Translations under genes and position numbers: made by a program | The notes under the pieces: model-generated | Databases searched by the model: none | What the model was told of the DNA's origin: nothing | What the model saw: the letters and a program-made list of their open reading frames with translations, nothing else | Shown: positions 61,908 through 64,000 of the stretch, piece by piece | Layout: each line of letters begins with the position of its first letter | Position numbering within the stretch: position 1 is the stretch's first letter | From: Xylographa opegraphella | Lineage: Eukaryota | Direction of reading: 5' to 3' | Length of the DNA: 64,000 nucleotides | NCBI GenBank assembly: GCA_022813865.1 | Contig: JALDZX010000009.1 | Span: forward strand, 186,001-250,000

Positions 61908-63044
61908 ATGCCACAATCCCGGACGATCGCACTGAATGATTATTTTGCTTCTTCAACCTCAGCCATGCTGAGGTTTGGTTTTCTGGCCAAAGCTTGCGTT
62001 TTTAATGATATTCTGGCCAAGATTTGATTTTCTGGTTATGTAAGGGCCAGCAATGCTTTGGGGGGAAAAAAGTCCGTGGAAGTCGGCAGCGAGGCGGCGA
62101 TTGCTTTATGAGGGAATCTAATGCATTGATCAACGAGTCGTGGTTTTGCATGAGTGGCAGGAGAAATTTGAAATCATAATTGCAGTATTGTGCTTGAACA
62201 GAGACTCCAATTTAAATAGAATGGTAGTAAATTTACTTTTCAACAATGTGCGGCTCTGATGATCCATGATGACGTTGTGATCACGGCTCCTCGTACTATC
62301 AGGAGATTTGAACAGATGGAGCAGCATTTGATGCAGTGCAATTGTGCACGGAGATTGCACGTGTGAGTCATGCAGATGAGCTCAAGGTGGGTAAAGTGCC
62401 TGGATAAAGGTGCCAGAATGGTATGACTGTCTCGTGGCCCAAGTCGCAACTTCCTGCCGCTGCACTCCGACGTGTCCGAGCGAGGATGGCTCGACGTAGC
62501 ACAAGTTGACATCGTACAAGTCCACCATCTGAAGCCCCTTGGCCCATAAATAGAGAGATCTTGGCACTGTGGTCCCGGCAGCCAATCAGGGCGGAGGAAA
62601 GTTACGCCAGTACGCGCCGGTCCAGGGTCTTGCTTTGCTTTAATGCATCTCTCCCGCAATGCTCCAACTCTCGGTGCAAAGACGCTCGGCCGCTGATTGG
62701 TGTTCCTGACCACCACGCTCCTCATCTGCTGCCACGCCAGCATCGACGTCAAAGTATGTGGGCGCTTCGAACTCCGCTCGTCGACCTGACCGACGGCTCC
62801 GTCGATCTAAGCGCTCTGGATGATGGAGACGATCTCCCATGGGCTCGAAGAAATCTCCCGCATGCCCTCCTCTTCTTCCCCTCGTTGCTTCAGCATCGCA
62901 CAGAAGTTACTGCGCGGGTTTCTTCTGTCGCTGTGCTTGTGGAATTCGTCGTGTGTATCTGTTGTCTAGGGATGTGTTCGCGATAGTATTTCGGATCTCA
63001 ACTAAATCCAGGTCTTGACCAACGGCATCTACCAGACTCCCCCG

Positions 63045-64000
63045 ATGGCTGCCGTTTACCAGTCGTCTGCTCCGATGGCATCAGACGAAGATGGCGCAAC
63101 CTATAAACCTCTGGCGGTGGTCGAAGCCAACAAGGCGATAGGCGCGACATTCGAGATGATGAATCTGAAGGGGAATGATGTACGAGGAGTTGTCATTACA
63201 GTCGAGGAAGCAGCCCCTGCAACAGCCTTCATCACACCATCGGTCACCATCCAACCACCGTCCCCAGCTGGGACAACAACTCTTCAGGCGGACATCACAG
63301 ATACTGCACATACAAAAGTGGAACACTTCCCTCCACCACCGCCATTGAAAAACCCGCCGACGACCGCACAAAAGATCACGTCTCCCAAAAGGGCTCTCGT
63401 GGTAAACACAGGGCGACCTTCATCTCCTCTACGGATGTCCACATACCCAGAGCCACCCACAACTCGACCTAGCTCACCGGTACAGGGTTCAATTGGCCCA
63501 CAATCACACAGAAGCTCTCCAACCTTGGTCAGGAATGGTAGCATCGGCTCCACGGGCACACATTCCCCAATCATGAGGTCCATGTTCCCACGGTTCAATC
63601 CGGCTGTTCCACTAGCCAGGCAAGACTACATGCCTACAATAGAACGTGGGCAAGAGTCGACGCGGTGGCAAGTCGGAGGCTCTGCTCCCCAGGCTTACTC
63701 GCCCAGCTTGTACTCCCCACCGTCAAGTCCGCCAACCGCATCACAAAGCAACTGGAGGAACACAAGCTCTTGCTACAATGGTATCAATCAATCTCCACTG
63801 CGCGTTTCTGATGCACTCCCTTCCAATCTCTCGACTCCCGAAGAACTTCTCGACATGTGGAGCATTGCAAACGGCCAAGGGAGCATCGAAGCCGCCGCAA
63901 CTTACAAACTCGGACTTCAATGGTACACTCTCCTTCCTCACTCCAGCAGCCAAGTACTGACCCGTCTCCAGCGCTGATCTGACCCCTTCTTTCGAAACCA
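63045..64000 (+). CDS. Pro/Ser-rich hypothetical protein, truncated by the right edge
   Basis: Long ORF with MRSMFPRFNPAVPLARQDYMPT and STPEELLDMWSIANGQ. A GTACAC...ACTGAC...CAG intron near 63923-63971 continues in frame. Confidence 0.75.

Noticed and set aside
1..64000. CRISPR arrays, intact transposons, rRNA or secondary-metabolite cluster
   Set aside because: No repeat-spacer arrays, transposase/RT/integrase ORFs, LTR/TIR pairs, rRNA or PKS/NRPS motifs were seen.

Overview
Gene-dense, intron-containing window from a filamentous ascomycete (Pezizomycotina). A lichen-forming lineage is plausible, but that is inference from general gene style only. About 23 protein genes and pseudogenes can be reconstructed with GT-AG introns. 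Core genes: MFS hexose transporter, BCS1, NAPE-PLD-like metallo-beta-lactamase, UBE2O-like E2, COG8, PRKRIP1-like, EAF, PHD finger, Psk1/S6K-like kinase, Ifh1/Crf1-like, PPR-like and zf-PARP proteins. Accessory genes: a HeLo-like-N/ankyrin protein, a GH45 subfamily C-like endoglucanase, a CFEM/GPI adhesin, a ZNFX1-like helicase and a decayed HNH nuclease cassette. There is one intronless tRNA-Cys(GCA). The most interesting unexplained element is an ORF-poor block of about 0.9 kb at 8.05-8.97 kb. It shows, in the expected order, a telomere template, a boundary hairpin, a U-rich pseudoknot, an enclosing helix and a CR4/5-like three-way junction, making it a candidate compact telomerase RNA gene. 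All structures were folded by eye, all family calls are from recalled motifs, and no searches were run.
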